DNA of 64,000 nucleotides from Octopus sinensis. Taxonomy: Eukaryota. Of this stretch, positions 10,624 to 23,026 are shown piece by piece. How positions within the stretch are numbered: the stretch's first letter is position 1; each line of letters begins with the position of its first letter. The stretch lies in contig NW_021835993.1 of NCBI RefSeq assembly GCF_006345805.1, positions 295,759-359,758 on the forward strand, in the 5' to 3' direction. A model generated the notes under the pieces. It did no database searches. It was given only the letters and a program-made list of their open reading frames with translations, and was not told the DNA's origin. A program made the position numbers and the translations under genes.

Positions 10624-11935
10624 ATGCTTATCTGCAATGATTGTGGTGCCACTGATCCTGAATTTGCCTCAGTGAACTTTGCTGCAAATTTATGTGACGA
10701 ATGCTGCTCAATCCACATTGGTTTGGGTTTTCATTTTAGTAGGGTTTATAATTTTTAATTATTGTTTTAGATCAAGTCATTTAAAAAAGAAACCTGGCGC
10801 CGAGGCGAACGTTCTCTCTTTCTTAAACTCATAAAATCAAAGGCTAATCAATTTTTTGAGGAAGAACTGTTCTCAAATCCTACTTTTCGAAAACCACTGG
10901 CCAATGAAAACTTTAAAGAGAATTATATTCGTTTAAAGTATATCGAAAAATCATTCATTGGTCGACTTAAGAGTCTCCAATACTCATCAAAGTATATCGA
11001 CAGCTTAAAATGGCAGTTTTCGGCAAATAATGATTGTCTTGGCTTCAAAAGGAGATCTTGTTGGACTTTTCAAGATATTGCACGTGACAGAGGGAAATGA
11101 TTTGTTTGGCATGAATTCTGCACTCAAGGCTGCCGTGGAAAGGGGGAATTTGCTTATCATCGAGCTCTTGTTGTTATTTGGTGCTTTTTTAACCGATTAT
11201 CAACACTTCTTTATGTCTGCCGATACAAAAAGAATTCTTGTTGAAGCATACGAAGAGAATTTACTTTGGATGGGGGAATTCAACCGACCCAGTGAGAACA
11301 CTAGCTTATCAGGGGATTCTCTATCCCTTCTTCCGTCTTCCTCACTGCATAAATATTCTATAATGATCAACCATTCGAGAATCAGGAGACTATTGCCGTC
11401 GGATTTGGCTCATGGAACACCGGAAATATGCTTATTGTCCAATTTCTATGATCGAAAGGCATATGAAATGTTATGTCGGATGTCTGATGAAAATTTTTAT
11501 AATTTTGTTTACAGATTTTTGCAGGAATGTGAAAGTAGATCACAATTTATTGAAGCAAGTTCAAATGTGATCAAATGGAATAAAAATGGAGATTTGAACT
11601 TAACAAAATCTGAGACAATTCTAAAATTTCCCCTTTACAAAATCAAAAAATTGTGTAAAAAACTAAAGAAATTAATTTCTAACGAATTTATTGAATATAA
11701 CGATATAACTGCAATCATCCCCTGCTTAGACGAGCTTGTAACTGATAGTATTCTTGGTGGTTCAACCTTCACGACTCATCAATTTGAATTGATCAAAAAA
11801 CTACATTCAGACATGAATAGATTATCAGATAAAAAAATAACAAATAATTCAAGGAATATTATTATTAACGATATGAAGACTCTGCTTGCAGCTTTTACTG
11901 AATTGGTCGGGCGAAGAAATTTCACGTCAATTTAA
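10624..11935 (+). CDS. Reduced GIT-family ArfGAP (ArfGAP, ankyrin, SHD-like, paxillin-binding-like C-terminus), 3 exons, ~419 aa
   Basis: CNDC-x16-CDECCSIH zinc finger (GIT-type CDECCS); introns 10744-10770 (27 nt) and 10992-11016 (25 nt); ankyrin SALKAAVERGNLLIIELLLLFGA; SHD-like RKAYEMLCRMSDENFYNFVYRFLQECESR. Confidence 0.75.
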
Positions 11936-12819
11936 AATCAATTTCATTTTTTGACAGCTTTATTTATAAACAGCATTTTTTCCAAGTTAGAAACTATATT
12001 TTTTTAGTTTTTAAATTCAAAATTACATAAAGCAATAAGGATTAGAAATATTAACCTCAACTAGAGCACACAATATTCTGATAAAACTCAATTTCTTAAA
12101 TAAAATCAAAATTACCAAATAAGTCACAAAATGAGAGGCTGAACTTCTACAACAAATCTTATGCGATATACAGTTATAATAAAAACTTACCATGCATGGC
12201 AAAGATGAGAACCAATAAAAAAATAATGTTGCCTTGCTTTCTTTATTCGGGGTGGCAAAACTAAGCGGATAAGAAAGTGTGATTAAGTATTTTGGCCGTG
12301 TGATTAAGTTGATTTATCTGGGTTTTGGGATAATACTTTTTAAAGCTTTTGATGTTTTAGATGTTCTCAAACTGGCGTACATTCTCCTCCAAATTAGAGA
12401 TTTTTCTAACTTTGCAAATCAAACAAATAATAATGACACACATTTTTTCAACGTATTGAACAATATACGGGAAATTCATGTTCTAGTTGTACTTGTCAAC
12501 AACTATCGAGCTTAGATTATACATAGAAGATAATTCGAATGTGTATTGGCGATAACTGATTTAGAAAAATCAAAGAAACGACAAAGACCTAAGTGGCGTT
12601 AAATAGAAGAGATTGAAGAAAAATAGAAACCATGATCTTCTGACAATAAAAATTTATAGAAACGACATAATTTTATGGTTTTCGATGCAAATATCCATCT
12701 CGATATCACTTTGCTTTTATACAATATGTCACCGGTTTTATAGCCCACCGGGTTGAATAACCCACCATCAAAAAAACTACCAAAAAATATAAATATAATC
12801 CAAAAATAAAAATCCAGTA

Positions 12820-13205
12820 GGTTGGAAACCCACTATGTTCACTCAATGGCTGCGAATAGTTCTGTGGAGATCCGCGCCAACACGAGAATAAATACGGATA
12901 AGAAAGTCAAAAACAACAAGCCAAAAATCTTCGTACTCGACAAAGTAAAAAAAATCACGCTCATAGAGATTTGGATGACCTGTAACAAGTTAAGGTGGAA
13001 ATGCCCCATAAGTACGACCCGGCTGCCAGTGAACTGGGAATAATTCACAAAGCCAGGATAACTAGAATACCATTGATTAATAACATGGATCGGTGTTGTG
13101 AGTAAATTCTATAAACATCACTGCGACTCAATCGATCTCAAAGGACCCATACGAGATTACATTTAGTAGGTGGTTATTCGGAAAACATTGGAGAGTATCC
13201 GTGCA
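12820..13205 (+). mobile_element. R4/Dong-like retrotransposon RLE endonuclease remnant
   Basis: EIRANTRINTDKKVKNNKPKIFVLDKVKKITLIEI..PLIITWIGVVSKF..VVIRKTLESI (degenerate NxPD..D..E motif). Confidence 0.7.
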
Positions 13206-13899
13206 TAACAAGTTTGAAATGATCCGCCGGAACAGCCCCAAAAGACTCGGTTAACAAATGGAACAACGGAGGAGAGTTTGTTGAGCAAGGTCATTGAGTC
13301 AAACTTGAGAACGACCACAAACATGGACAGTGTCCCCATCAAAGAAATTGGCTCTGGCTTAAGTAGGAGAATCGACTGAGACCAGACGCTTGAATTAAAA
13401 ACTATATTTAATTTTTTTGTTTTGTGTTACACCATGTATAATCAAACACGGCTATTAATTTGATTAATAAATGAAGACTCCCGCTATCAACATAAAATTA
13501 GTTAAAAATGTCAAATGATACAGAAAATTGCCGATTGATTAATGAAACAACAACCATGTTAAAAATATGAACTTATTGCGGGTTCATATGACAATAAATG
13601 ATTTGTATCACCCAACTTGTATTCCCTGTGATTTGAATTCAGTTTTATCTGGATTTCAGTTTTAGGTGATTAAAATATTCTTTTATTTTAAGCATGTTAA
13701 GCATAAGTCTATCAAAAAAATAAAACAGACAAGGTTCTTTTGGTGGGGAAAATAGTGATGGGAGAATTGAACTGCTTTAACGAGAGTTTTTAGACCAATT
13801 TATACCATTTAAAACAAAGTTTACTTCAAAACATTCAGACAAAAGATTTGGTTATATGAGGCACTATCAGCTTTACTTTTTTATTTACTTTTTAATCTA

Positions 13900-15050
13900 T
13901 TTAATGATCTTTCTGCTGTAATAATAAAATTCCATCAAATAAAGTTTTAAATTAAATCACAAATCAAAGGGAGTCGATATCAAAGGTCCTCTAATTTTTG
14001 TGAAATTTAAATCTCTGGGCCTTGTAGGTTTTTTCAGTTCAGGAATATGATACGGTTTTTCAGCGTCAATTTTGATACGATTCATGACATTCTCTTCCAA
14101 ATAGCCATCAGCCTTTAACATAAAGTTAAATAAAAACAGAATCCAATAATTTAATAATTTTTGTTGTTCCAAAATCAGTCATTCTGATGAGTGATGACAT
14201 TTCCCTCAGTAGTGAGGCATATTCATGATCAATAAATGGAATCGTCATCTGAGGGAAATTTAGAATCAGATATGATTGATAAAAGTAGATCAAACACGAG
14301 TTGAGAATATCAAAATATCAAAAAACTCGATTTCCTTACTTTTCTGAAATTCCTCCTCTCTCATGTACTGGAGAGAATCAGTGCTGTGAAAAAAATTCTG
14401 GAGATCCTGAAAAATAATTATATGAGTAACTTGGTGGAGTGATAGTGTCGCATTCCTTAACATTGCTTTAGCATATGGTCGACTTAATGAGTGAATGTAG
14501 TTCACTGTCTTTTCGATTTCTCCGATTCTCTCGGTATAAATTTGCTTCACTTGAAAATTGTTTTGTATTACTCACTTAGATCTGAAAGCATCTGCATTCG
14601 TTCATTAATTAAAATTGCATTGGAAAAAAGAAAAATTAAAAGGAGCATCTAATGAAGAATTTGTGACACGTCAGCAAGATGAATATGCTTTTTTATTTGA
14701 AATAGGTACAATTTTTATTTGTAATAATTATTTTAATAATTCTTTCAAAAAATATGGTGAAACCGATGCAAGTGATATTCATGCACAGAGCCAATGCTCT
14801 CTCAAAGATTTTTCTACAAGGCTCGCCTTTTGAGATAATAGAAATTTTTACTCAAATGTGTCAAAATCTCGATTTTTCGCGGTAAGTTGTACATCTGACC
14901 GTATTCCAAGAGGTTTCGATACGTGTGGAGCAGTTGCAACTTCTTTTTTCATTGGTGACGAAAATACATGTTTAAAATTATTAAAACGCGTTTCGAGTTG
15001 TTTTAAAAATCTGTTAATTGCACACTCTATTCAAAGTCGGCAATCTGTTA
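13900..15050 (-). pseudogene. Unknown multi-exon gene with intact micro-introns but premature stops
   Basis: Splicing GT-AG introns (mostly ~22-26 nt) gives RFLKQLETRFNNFKH|KLQLLHTYRNLLEYGQMYNLPRKIEILTHL|SEPCRKIFERALALC..|MKQIYTERIGEIEKTV..HQ|DLQNFF..LDS|ADGYLEENV.., with in-frame TAA and TGA in the 14590-14740 exon. Confidence 0.5.
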
Positions 15051-15204
15051 ATTCCGCACTCTATCAAGGTCAAATTTAATAATAGCTTTAATTTTGATTC
15101 ATAGTCGATAATGATATTTGGCATTTAATTTTAAAGAGAAAATCTGGAAGGTTTTAGGGACTTAATCATGCGTGACAGAATATTCACTTTGTTCATTTTA
15201 ATTA

Positions 15205-18182
15205 TTATTAAAGCAATCTCGCGGAATCAAAAAGTTAATTAAGATTCCACTTTTGCCATCCGACTCAGGATACGCTCTGTTAGTCGTATCCACGCTCCCC
15301 TGTTACGTGCGAGGTATCTCAGTTCGTACAGATCATCGGCCGATTTCAGTTTCCTTCCAATCGACGTGAGATCATGGTCGAGCGTAGTCGGTAATGTTGT
15401 TCTTTGTCGGCCCCTATATGCCGTTTTATTTAATGAGCAGAAGTAGGATTCCATGTTCTGATTGGCCGGCGTCATTTCCGAGGCTCTTAGGACATGTCCA
15501 AAGAGCATCCACTTCATGGAAGTCACTTTCTTTGCAATCTCGGATGTATGGGTGATTCTGTAGAGTTCATTATTGGTCATCTTTTTTGGCCAGTGAATTC
15601 CCAGGAGTAGTCGTAGCTGTTTTCTGTGGAAAGAGTTGAGCTGCTCCAGTTCTTTAGCGGTTAGGCCCCAGGTCCCCGCGTTGTAAAGCAAGATTGGTTC
15701 GACAAAGGAGTTGTACAGCCGAATTCGAAGGCGGGTTCCTATGTACTTGCGCCTCATCCAGATCGTCCACATTTTTTTGAAGGATGCAACAGCCAGCACT
15801 TTTCTTCGGATAACGTCCTCCGAGTCCACAAGGAGAGATCCAACTTTCTTGCATGTTCTCCACTTCTCCTCGTTTCTCGTCCCCAGGCGGGATATGGTAG
15901 TTCTTTCCGTTTTGTCAGGGTTTATTACAAGGGACCAGTCCTTCAACGAATGAGGGATCACTTTTAATAAGTTTTCCAGTGAGTCCTGATCTCGGGAGAC
16001 GAAGTCAATATCGTCAGCGTAAATTACTTCCATCACGTTGGTAAAGCATTTATTTCTCCGAAGAGGTCTTAGGGCTGCCTCCAGGTAGATTATGAATAGA
16101 ACCGGAGATAACGAGTCGCCCTGAGGTACGCCAGTGTCGGTTTTAAACTTCATCGAGGTATAGTTTCCCACACGCACGGATAGCGATGTGTTGGCGAGTA
16201 AGAATCTGATCATACGTAATGCATCCCCATCTAGGATGCCTTCCAATACATGCATCAGCTTTTTGCGGTTGATTGCATCGAAAGCACGGGATAGATCAAT
16301 TCCAAGGATTGAGATTTCTTCTTTGTGTTTCTGGCACATTGCACACAGTCATCTCCATACTACGTCTGCTGTCGACCTTCCAGGTCTGAATCCACTTTGA
16401 CTCGGGTTTAGGAACTTATTTACTGGTCCTGAAATACGATCCAGCACAACAAGTGAGAGTATTTTCCTTAGCGTATTCATTAGCGTAACCGGGCGTAGGC
16501 TGTTTAGATTTCCTTTCTCCTTTCCAGGTTTCTGGATTGGGATTAAAGTGGCATTCCACGCATCAAATGGGCTGTGACATTTGAACGTCCTGATCAGGAC
16601 TGTGCAGATCAACTCAACCACTCTGTCCGGCGCGTATTTTAATAACTCTGCAGTCACGTTGTCTGGTCCCGAAGCTCTGCCATTTTTCAGCTTGCTCAAG
16701 GCTGAAAGGACTTCATAGCGGGTGATGTCTTTATTAAGTCCTCTGGGTGTTCCTTCAAACGGTTCCAGGTGGTCGTTGATATTTAGTCGTCCTTTGTAAA
16801 AGGCAGCAATTTTGTTTGCTGATTCTTGGTCATCGATTATGGTCTTTCCCGCATCATCGAAGATTACAATTCTCTCCGGTTTGGTATTCCGGGATAGTTT
16901 CTTGGCTGCAGCGAACATTTTTGCTCCATTTTTGTATCGGTCGATGTCCTTTGCCAGGTTATCTAGTGTAAGCCTAGCTAGCTCTTTGAACCTTTTCTTT
17001 ATTCTGTATTTAATTTCGTTGCGTTTTCTTTTAAGAAAATCAACGAGGCCGGTCGAGTTTGGCGATTCAATTAGGAGACGGAGTTTCCTTTGTTCTTTTG
17101 CAAGTTTGTCTATTTTTTTGTCAAAAGTCCCCTTGAATCCCTTTGGACGATTTCCCAGTACCGTCTGTGCGGCCTTCTTAACTCTGATCGAAATATGCTT
17201 CCATAGTAGTCCGGGAGGCGCATTCGAGTCGATATTGTCCAACAGTTTGAGTATTTTCTCGCCATACTTTATACGAGTATGGTCTGGAACACATAGGTCT
17301 CCACGGCAAAGTTCCTGCCCTGTGTGCGAGCTGCAAGTACTCCAGAGATTCCAAAGCGTCGCTTTAGAATGAGGCGTGCCACCAGCAGCCGGTGATCACT
17401 CGAGGTAATCATGCCGTTGTACGTACGGGAGTCCGTGAGTAACGCCTTCTGTGTTTGTCTGCATAGTATGTAGTCGATTTGGTTAAATATGTGAACAAGA
17501 TTTCCATAGCAGTCTCTCCTCTGGCCTGTCCACGTCGTAATATGTCGAGCTGAATGTCGGAATGCCGTGTTACAGAGGAACAGACCGAATGATTCACACA
17601 AGTGTATGAGTGCCTCCCCAGACAGATTTCTGAACCCTCGAGCGTGTCAACAATTCGATTCTTCAAGCTTTTTTCCCACTTTGGCATTCCAATCCCCAGC
17701 TATAAAGAGCATGTAGGAGCTGGACAGTGATGAATAAGCCGATGATAGGGAGGAGTAGAAATCGTCGAGTTCCTCTGCGTTGGCGGATACCCTCATTGTG
17801 GTCGGTGCATATACATTGATTATCGATACGGTTGTTTTGCGATTGTTTCCAAGGCGTAGTTGAAGGATGGCAATTCTGTCGTTGATTTTCCACGCTCTAT
17901 GAGTTACCACATCTGCGTCCGTGCGAACTGCGAAGGCCATCCCGTAATGTCGGCAGTCTGACGGCAGCAGCAGTCGGTACCCGTTAATCGTTTCATCAAG
18001 GCCATTGGGGACTTTGGTCTCCTGCAGACAACATACAGAGATTCCATATCGTTTTAAATAGGTTTTGTCTTTTTAATGCGGATGTTAGTCCTCTTACATT
18101 GAATGATCCAATGGAAAACAGGGAAGATTGAGTGCATGAATAAGACATGTGTGCAATAGAGGGACGTCACCACCTCAACCAC
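15205..18182 (-). mobile_element. Near-full-length RTE-like LINE (APE endonuclease + RT), disabled
   Basis: ATG at 18148 (MSYSC..IGSFNVRGL), LQETK, AGDWNAKVG, QIDYIL, SDHRL; RT motifs IDLSRAFD, GVPQGDSLSP, YADD; (TAA)3 tail; 13-bp TSD TTCATTTTAATTA at 15192-15204 and 18183-18195. Frameshifts and an in-frame TGA at 16349. Confidence 0.95.
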
Positions 18183-18207
18183 TTCATTTTAATTAAAATG
18201 CAGAAAA

Positions 18208-18395
18208 TTAGTTTTTTGGCTGGAAGGTTTAAAAGACCTCATCATGTGAGTCGACTACATGCTTGTTGTTTATTTTAACCAAAATTCGGAAAATATTTTT
18301 TTATTTTTTTAGCGGAAAGGTTTTAAAAGCCTCATCATTGAGGATATTTTTGATATGTTAGTTTTTTAGGTGGAAGATTTTTAGAGAATCATTTT
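18208..18395. repeat. Three degenerate copies of a ~40-nt motif (ttagtttttt..ggaaggttttaaaag.cctcatcat); fourth copy at 15146
   Basis: ggaag/ggaaag cores at 18222, 18314 and 18372, plus 15146 on the other side of the LINE. Confidence 0.55.
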
Positions 18396-18598
18396 CGGGG
18401 AAAAGGATTTTGACAATTTATCTGTATTTTGCCAATTTGAATACGCGCGCAGACACACATTACACTCCTCGACAAAAAAAATGATTCAAAATTCATATTT
18501 AGTTTTTCTTTGAAAATCTTATAAATATTCTAATTTCAAGAAACTGTATATCATTTTATTAAGATGTCTTAACGACGTCAAACCCGGGAACTCTATAA

Positions 18599-19727
18599 CA
18601 GAGGTTTCCAATGGGGAGGCGCGCCTCCTAGGAGGCGTTGACTCGTGTCAAGGGAGGCGCGAAAAGTATTTCAGAAACATTTTTTAGAAAATTATATCTA
18701 TGTAAAAACGTGACTATATTCCGATAATAAGAGTTATTAATTAAAATTATATTTTTTCAAAAATTTATTAATTTATTAGACAATTAAATAATTTTAACAC
18801 ATGAATAAATTCTTGAGTGTTGCAAAAGAAAATTCACGTTAATAAAGATTTTGACGATGGTTCAAAAAACAAATGATTGGAATATAATCAATACACTCCA
18901 AAGACAAGAAAATACTTCCATCTTACTTATTGTTGGATTCACACGTATCTTTGTGATTCTATGGAAAAACCCCTCTGTTTTGCTTTGCCTTCTAAACTCT
19001 TGCAGCAGATAGTATGAGGCCCATGCAAATTAAAAAACATTTTGAAACGATCATTCTGAACATGAAAAAATTGGTATTATGGAAATCAATATTACAAAAA
19101 ATATCTATGACATGTTTCCACTTTTAAACACCTTTTGCGCCATAGTGAACATTGAAGCAAACAAAGACATATTTGCTGAACATTTGGATTGTTTGTTGAA
19201 GCATTTTGCTCACTATTTTAAAGATCTCGACTGTAAATGTTCGAATGGATACAGAATCCATTTATTGATGAAGAAGATAATCATTTGCATTGACAACTTT
19301 TGAAAAGAAAATTGATAGAATTGTCATGCGATACATTATTGAAACAAAATTTGAGAGAGAACCGCTAATTTCTTTTTGGTTGAATGTAAGAACGGAATAT
19401 GAAATTTTGTCGAATAAAGCAATGAAAGTTTGTTGCCATTTGCTACTTCATATTTATGCGAACTGGATTTTCTGCACTAGCTGCAATAAATCTAAATATC
19501 GAACTCGTTTAGTAGTGACTAATGAGCTAAGAGTAGCACTCTCTGCGATGACACCAAGATTTGAAAAACTTTGCGCCAAGATGGAAAAAAAATTATCTCA
19601 TTAACTTTTTGTTTTAAAAATTGTTTTGATAAAATAATAATTGTATTATATTATGGAATATAAAGGGAGGCGCAAGATTGTACTTTTTCTCTAAGGGAGG
19701 CGCGTAAAAAAAGCTTGGAAACCTCTG
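18599..19727 (+). mobile_element. Non-autonomous hAT (Buster/ZBED5-like) internal-deletion derivative
   Basis: TIR CAGAGGTTTCCAA..TTGGAAACCTCTG; TSD CTCTATAA/CTCTATAG (7/8); subterminal gggaggcgc repeats; BED-like N-terminus joined to hATC dimerisation remnants (FWLNVRTEYEILS, KSKYRTRL..LSH). Confidence 0.9.
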
Positions 19728-19818
19728 CTCTATAGATCAATTCATCATAACACATTTAAAACAATTATATATTTTTAATGTCCCTAATTAATTAGTATGA
19801 ATCGTTAGTAAAGATTGA

Positions 19819-20707
19819 TTATTTTTTCGGACTAATAATTCCTTCAAGTTGAGCCTTTGAAGTAGATAATGGTATGTGCTACCTTAAGTTGAACGTTAGT
19901 TCTTTTTAAAAATTGGATTTCTTCCTGATGCTTTTTTTCTTCCACTTGCCGCTGCTCGCCAGCACGTTTTTCCGTTTGTTCACTGCGAGCCTTCAAATCG
20001 TTCACTAAACGCTCTAACTGTCGTTTTTGGCATTCTAAGTCCGTAATCTAAAAGTCTTAAATACAAATTCAACTTTTTGGTCGTTTTCTACTTTACCACT
20101 ATCGGCTTCCAATGTTTTTCGCATCCCGAAAGCAATACTACTTTCGTATAGTGTTTGATAGGCTGCCATCGTCATTTTAATTTCGTCCCGAACTCTTAAT
20201 AGAAGTAGCCCTCTTTCAGGACAGATTATTGTCCCCTGTCTTATTAATTCGTCTGTTAAATTCAAAATTTTTCTTAATAACCAAAAGTCTGAGAAAACAA
20301 TTCGCGCCGAATGGGGCAGATTCCAGTTTTACGACCTTGTCGTTCTTCCAGTCTTTGGTTAAGATCTTCTTGCAGATTGATAACGTCCAACCTGCTTGCT
20401 GCTTCATTCGAAACTTGTTGGATCCAAAGTTCGTTATTTTCTCTCCATTCTCTGAGTTTTATTTTCTCAATATCTATATACCGAGGAGGTAAAATTGAAT
20501 TCAAAATTTCTTCAGTTTGAAATATTTGTCTATCAGCTGCAGTTATTTTTTTGCTTATATCAGGAAATTCAACTCCAGAATTATTACTTTTACATTGTTT
20601 CGACTTGGTATTAACATTTTTGATACCTTTCCAGATATTTTCTCCGTTGATTTTATCACCACGTATGGACTATCGTATTTTAAAAGAGAGTAGTTAGATT
20701 CGATCAT
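19819..20707 (-). CDS. DNALI1: Axonemal inner-arm dynein light intermediate chain p28
   Basis: SLLKYDSP, EEILNSILPPR, ETGICP-like KTGICPIRRELFSQTF|DELIRQ..CPERGLLLLRVRDEI..YESSIAFGMRK, QLK|AQLEGIISPKK*; micro-introns. Confidence 0.95.
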
Positions 20708-21039
20708 TACGTTTCTAGGCAATAGTCTATTTTTATAACTGCCAAATAATATCTAATCTAACTGTAATTAATAGTTTAATAAATTATTCTCAAAGAGCAA
20801 ATAAGTATATTTCGTCAGAGCCCCCATAACTGGAATGGAAATCCGGACACTATTTACACTGTTGTATAACCCAAAGGGAAAATGTTAATTAATAAAACTG
20901 ATTTTTAACGCAAAAGTATTGGACAAGGTAGTTTTAAGCAACCGTCCACGTTGTGCGCCGCTTAATAGCCACCGGATTAATAGCAATTTTGGGATTTTTA
21001 TATCCCCTGAATCTATTGTCGCAACCGCGGAATGTAAAA

Positions 21040-21262
21040 GATGCGGAAGTACCTCACTTACGGAGAAGTTCCAATTCCTTCCATTCGCGGTTGAGACTTC
21101 CGGTTCCTTGGGCAGTAAGGCAATCAGCTTCGTTCAGGAGATCGGGTCCCGCATGTTGCTATCACAGGCGACGCCCACGAATCAAGATGGTTTTTCGAGC
21201 GGATATCCCTTGCGATAGTACGCTCTAATTCTTTCTCGATCGCGTCGGCTTCCTGTCCATGA
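21040..21262 (+). mobile_element. CRE-like retrotransposon 3' fragment
   Basis: FLPFAVETSGSLG..EIGSR..ERISLAIVRSNSFSI; a near-identical reverse copy lies at 32642-32800. Confidence 0.75.
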
Positions 21263-22461
21263 AGCTTGCAATTGTGTAATATTTAAATTTAATTTTACTA
21301 AGCAAAATAGCCAAATTTGGTCCAATTACCTTTATAGATTAAAAAAGATATTTCCAGATTAGTCATTTCTATCTATCACGCGATAAATGAATATTATAAA
21401 TTTCACTCTGGAGAAATAAAGAATGGGAAATCTAATAAAGAAATACAGTCAGCAAAAATAAAAACTGAACAAGCATTTTCTCACGAATTTACTATGAAAC
21501 AATATCTAAAAAATAACTTCTACTGATGTAAAACATTAAATAAAGTATTGTTTATTTTTTTGTTTTTCTAAAAAATATTTTATTTATACAGGTTTTTCAT
21601 TCATTGATAATTCAGAACCCAAAAAACTGAACAAATTTATTTAATATCTATTATGCCCTCTATTAGCTCTAATTACATCTAGTATTCGGCCTGGCATGCT
21701 ATTAATAAGACTTTTTGCTTATTCTATTTTAAGTTCATTCCAAATAGATGATATTTCTGCAAATAAATGTTTTTTTCACAAATTCTCTTCCTTTATTTTG
21801 TCTTTAATAGAGGCACAAAAATTATATATAGGGTTAAAATCTGGGCTTTGTGTAGGCCAGTGATTCTCAACTTTTTTTTTGGTGTACCAAAAAAAACGTC
21901 AGTGTACCAACCCAAGTTATTTCGTGTACCAAGGAAACTAAGACTTATTTAATTTTTTAATTAATTTTATTGACTTAAAATTTTTTTTTAACTATTTAAT
22001 GAGAGCCTTGATTTTCATGCATTTTAATTAGTTCCTGAATATCAGGATCCAAGCGTGTTAAAAATAATCTGACATCTCCTTGCGAGTGAATATCAAGCTG
22101 TTACGTTCATCGCTCAATATTCTGTTTATTACGCTGAATCCCGATTCCACAAGATATGCTGTTGGAAAACATAATAAAATTTTAATTATTTGTTCCCAAA
22201 TCTTTGAAAATTTGTCTTTAAATTCCATTTTTCGCCAAAAGGTAGTCAAACCCTGGTTTCAAACAAAATCTTGTAAGAATAAATATATTTAATTTCTATA
22301 AAAAATAATATGATAAAAAATACGAATAAATTCATCTTGCAAATCCATTTGCACCTCTTCAGTGCTAGTCAAAAAAGGATTTATCATCCATCTTGGTATT
22401 TCCATATTAATCACGTCTTCAAATCTGATTGTCATTTCCTTTTCCAAATTAATTAGATGGT

Positions 22462-22679
22462 TTACTATGAAACAATATCTAAAAAATAACTTCTACTGAT
22501 TTAAAACATTAAATAAAGTATTGTTTATTACGCTCCAAAGATCCTAGGGAATTTACATTCCTAATCCAAAGGATCCTGTTGGCCGTTGTGCGTGGGAACA
22601 GCTGTTCCATCCGGCTTGCTGGCCGATTAATTTCTGATTAATTTAACCTTAAAAATGGAATTGGATGCCAATATTTTCG
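22462..22679 (+). mobile_element. Chimeric insertion: ~69 bp copied from 21488-21556 plus a CRE 3' fragment, flanked by a 10-bp direct repeat
   Basis: ATTAGATGGT at 22452-22461 and 22680-22689; SKDPREFTFLIQRILLAVVRGNSCSIRLAG is a CRE C-terminus; removal restores hAT FVDHLINLEKEM. Confidence 0.75.
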
Positions 22680-23026
22680 ATTAGATGGTCAACAAAAATT
22701 TTTATATCAAATTGATTAAATGCTTTACATACTGGATATAGAAAATCGCATTTGCCTGATTCAAAGTTATGTCTATAATTCTTTAACTTTTCACAGAATG
22801 TAATTATTGTAACTCTGACGTCAAACATAGTTACAAAATCTCCCTGCAATTTCAAGGAAATTTCATTCAATTTAGCAAAAATCCAATTTAAATAATAAAT
22901 ATATTTTTTATTTTTGGAAATCGATCTTGCTAATTCATCTTCATTATGTCCCAACATATCTTGTAAAACAACTGCGAGAGAAGGTATTATTAACGATTCA
23001 CCCGAAACATGGGTAGCATTATTTTT

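Noticed and set aside
16349-16351. Stop-codon readthrough or alternative genetic code in the RTE ORF and the orphan gene
   Set aside because: Host genes end in ordinary TAA/TGA and the element has additional frameshifts; decay explains it.
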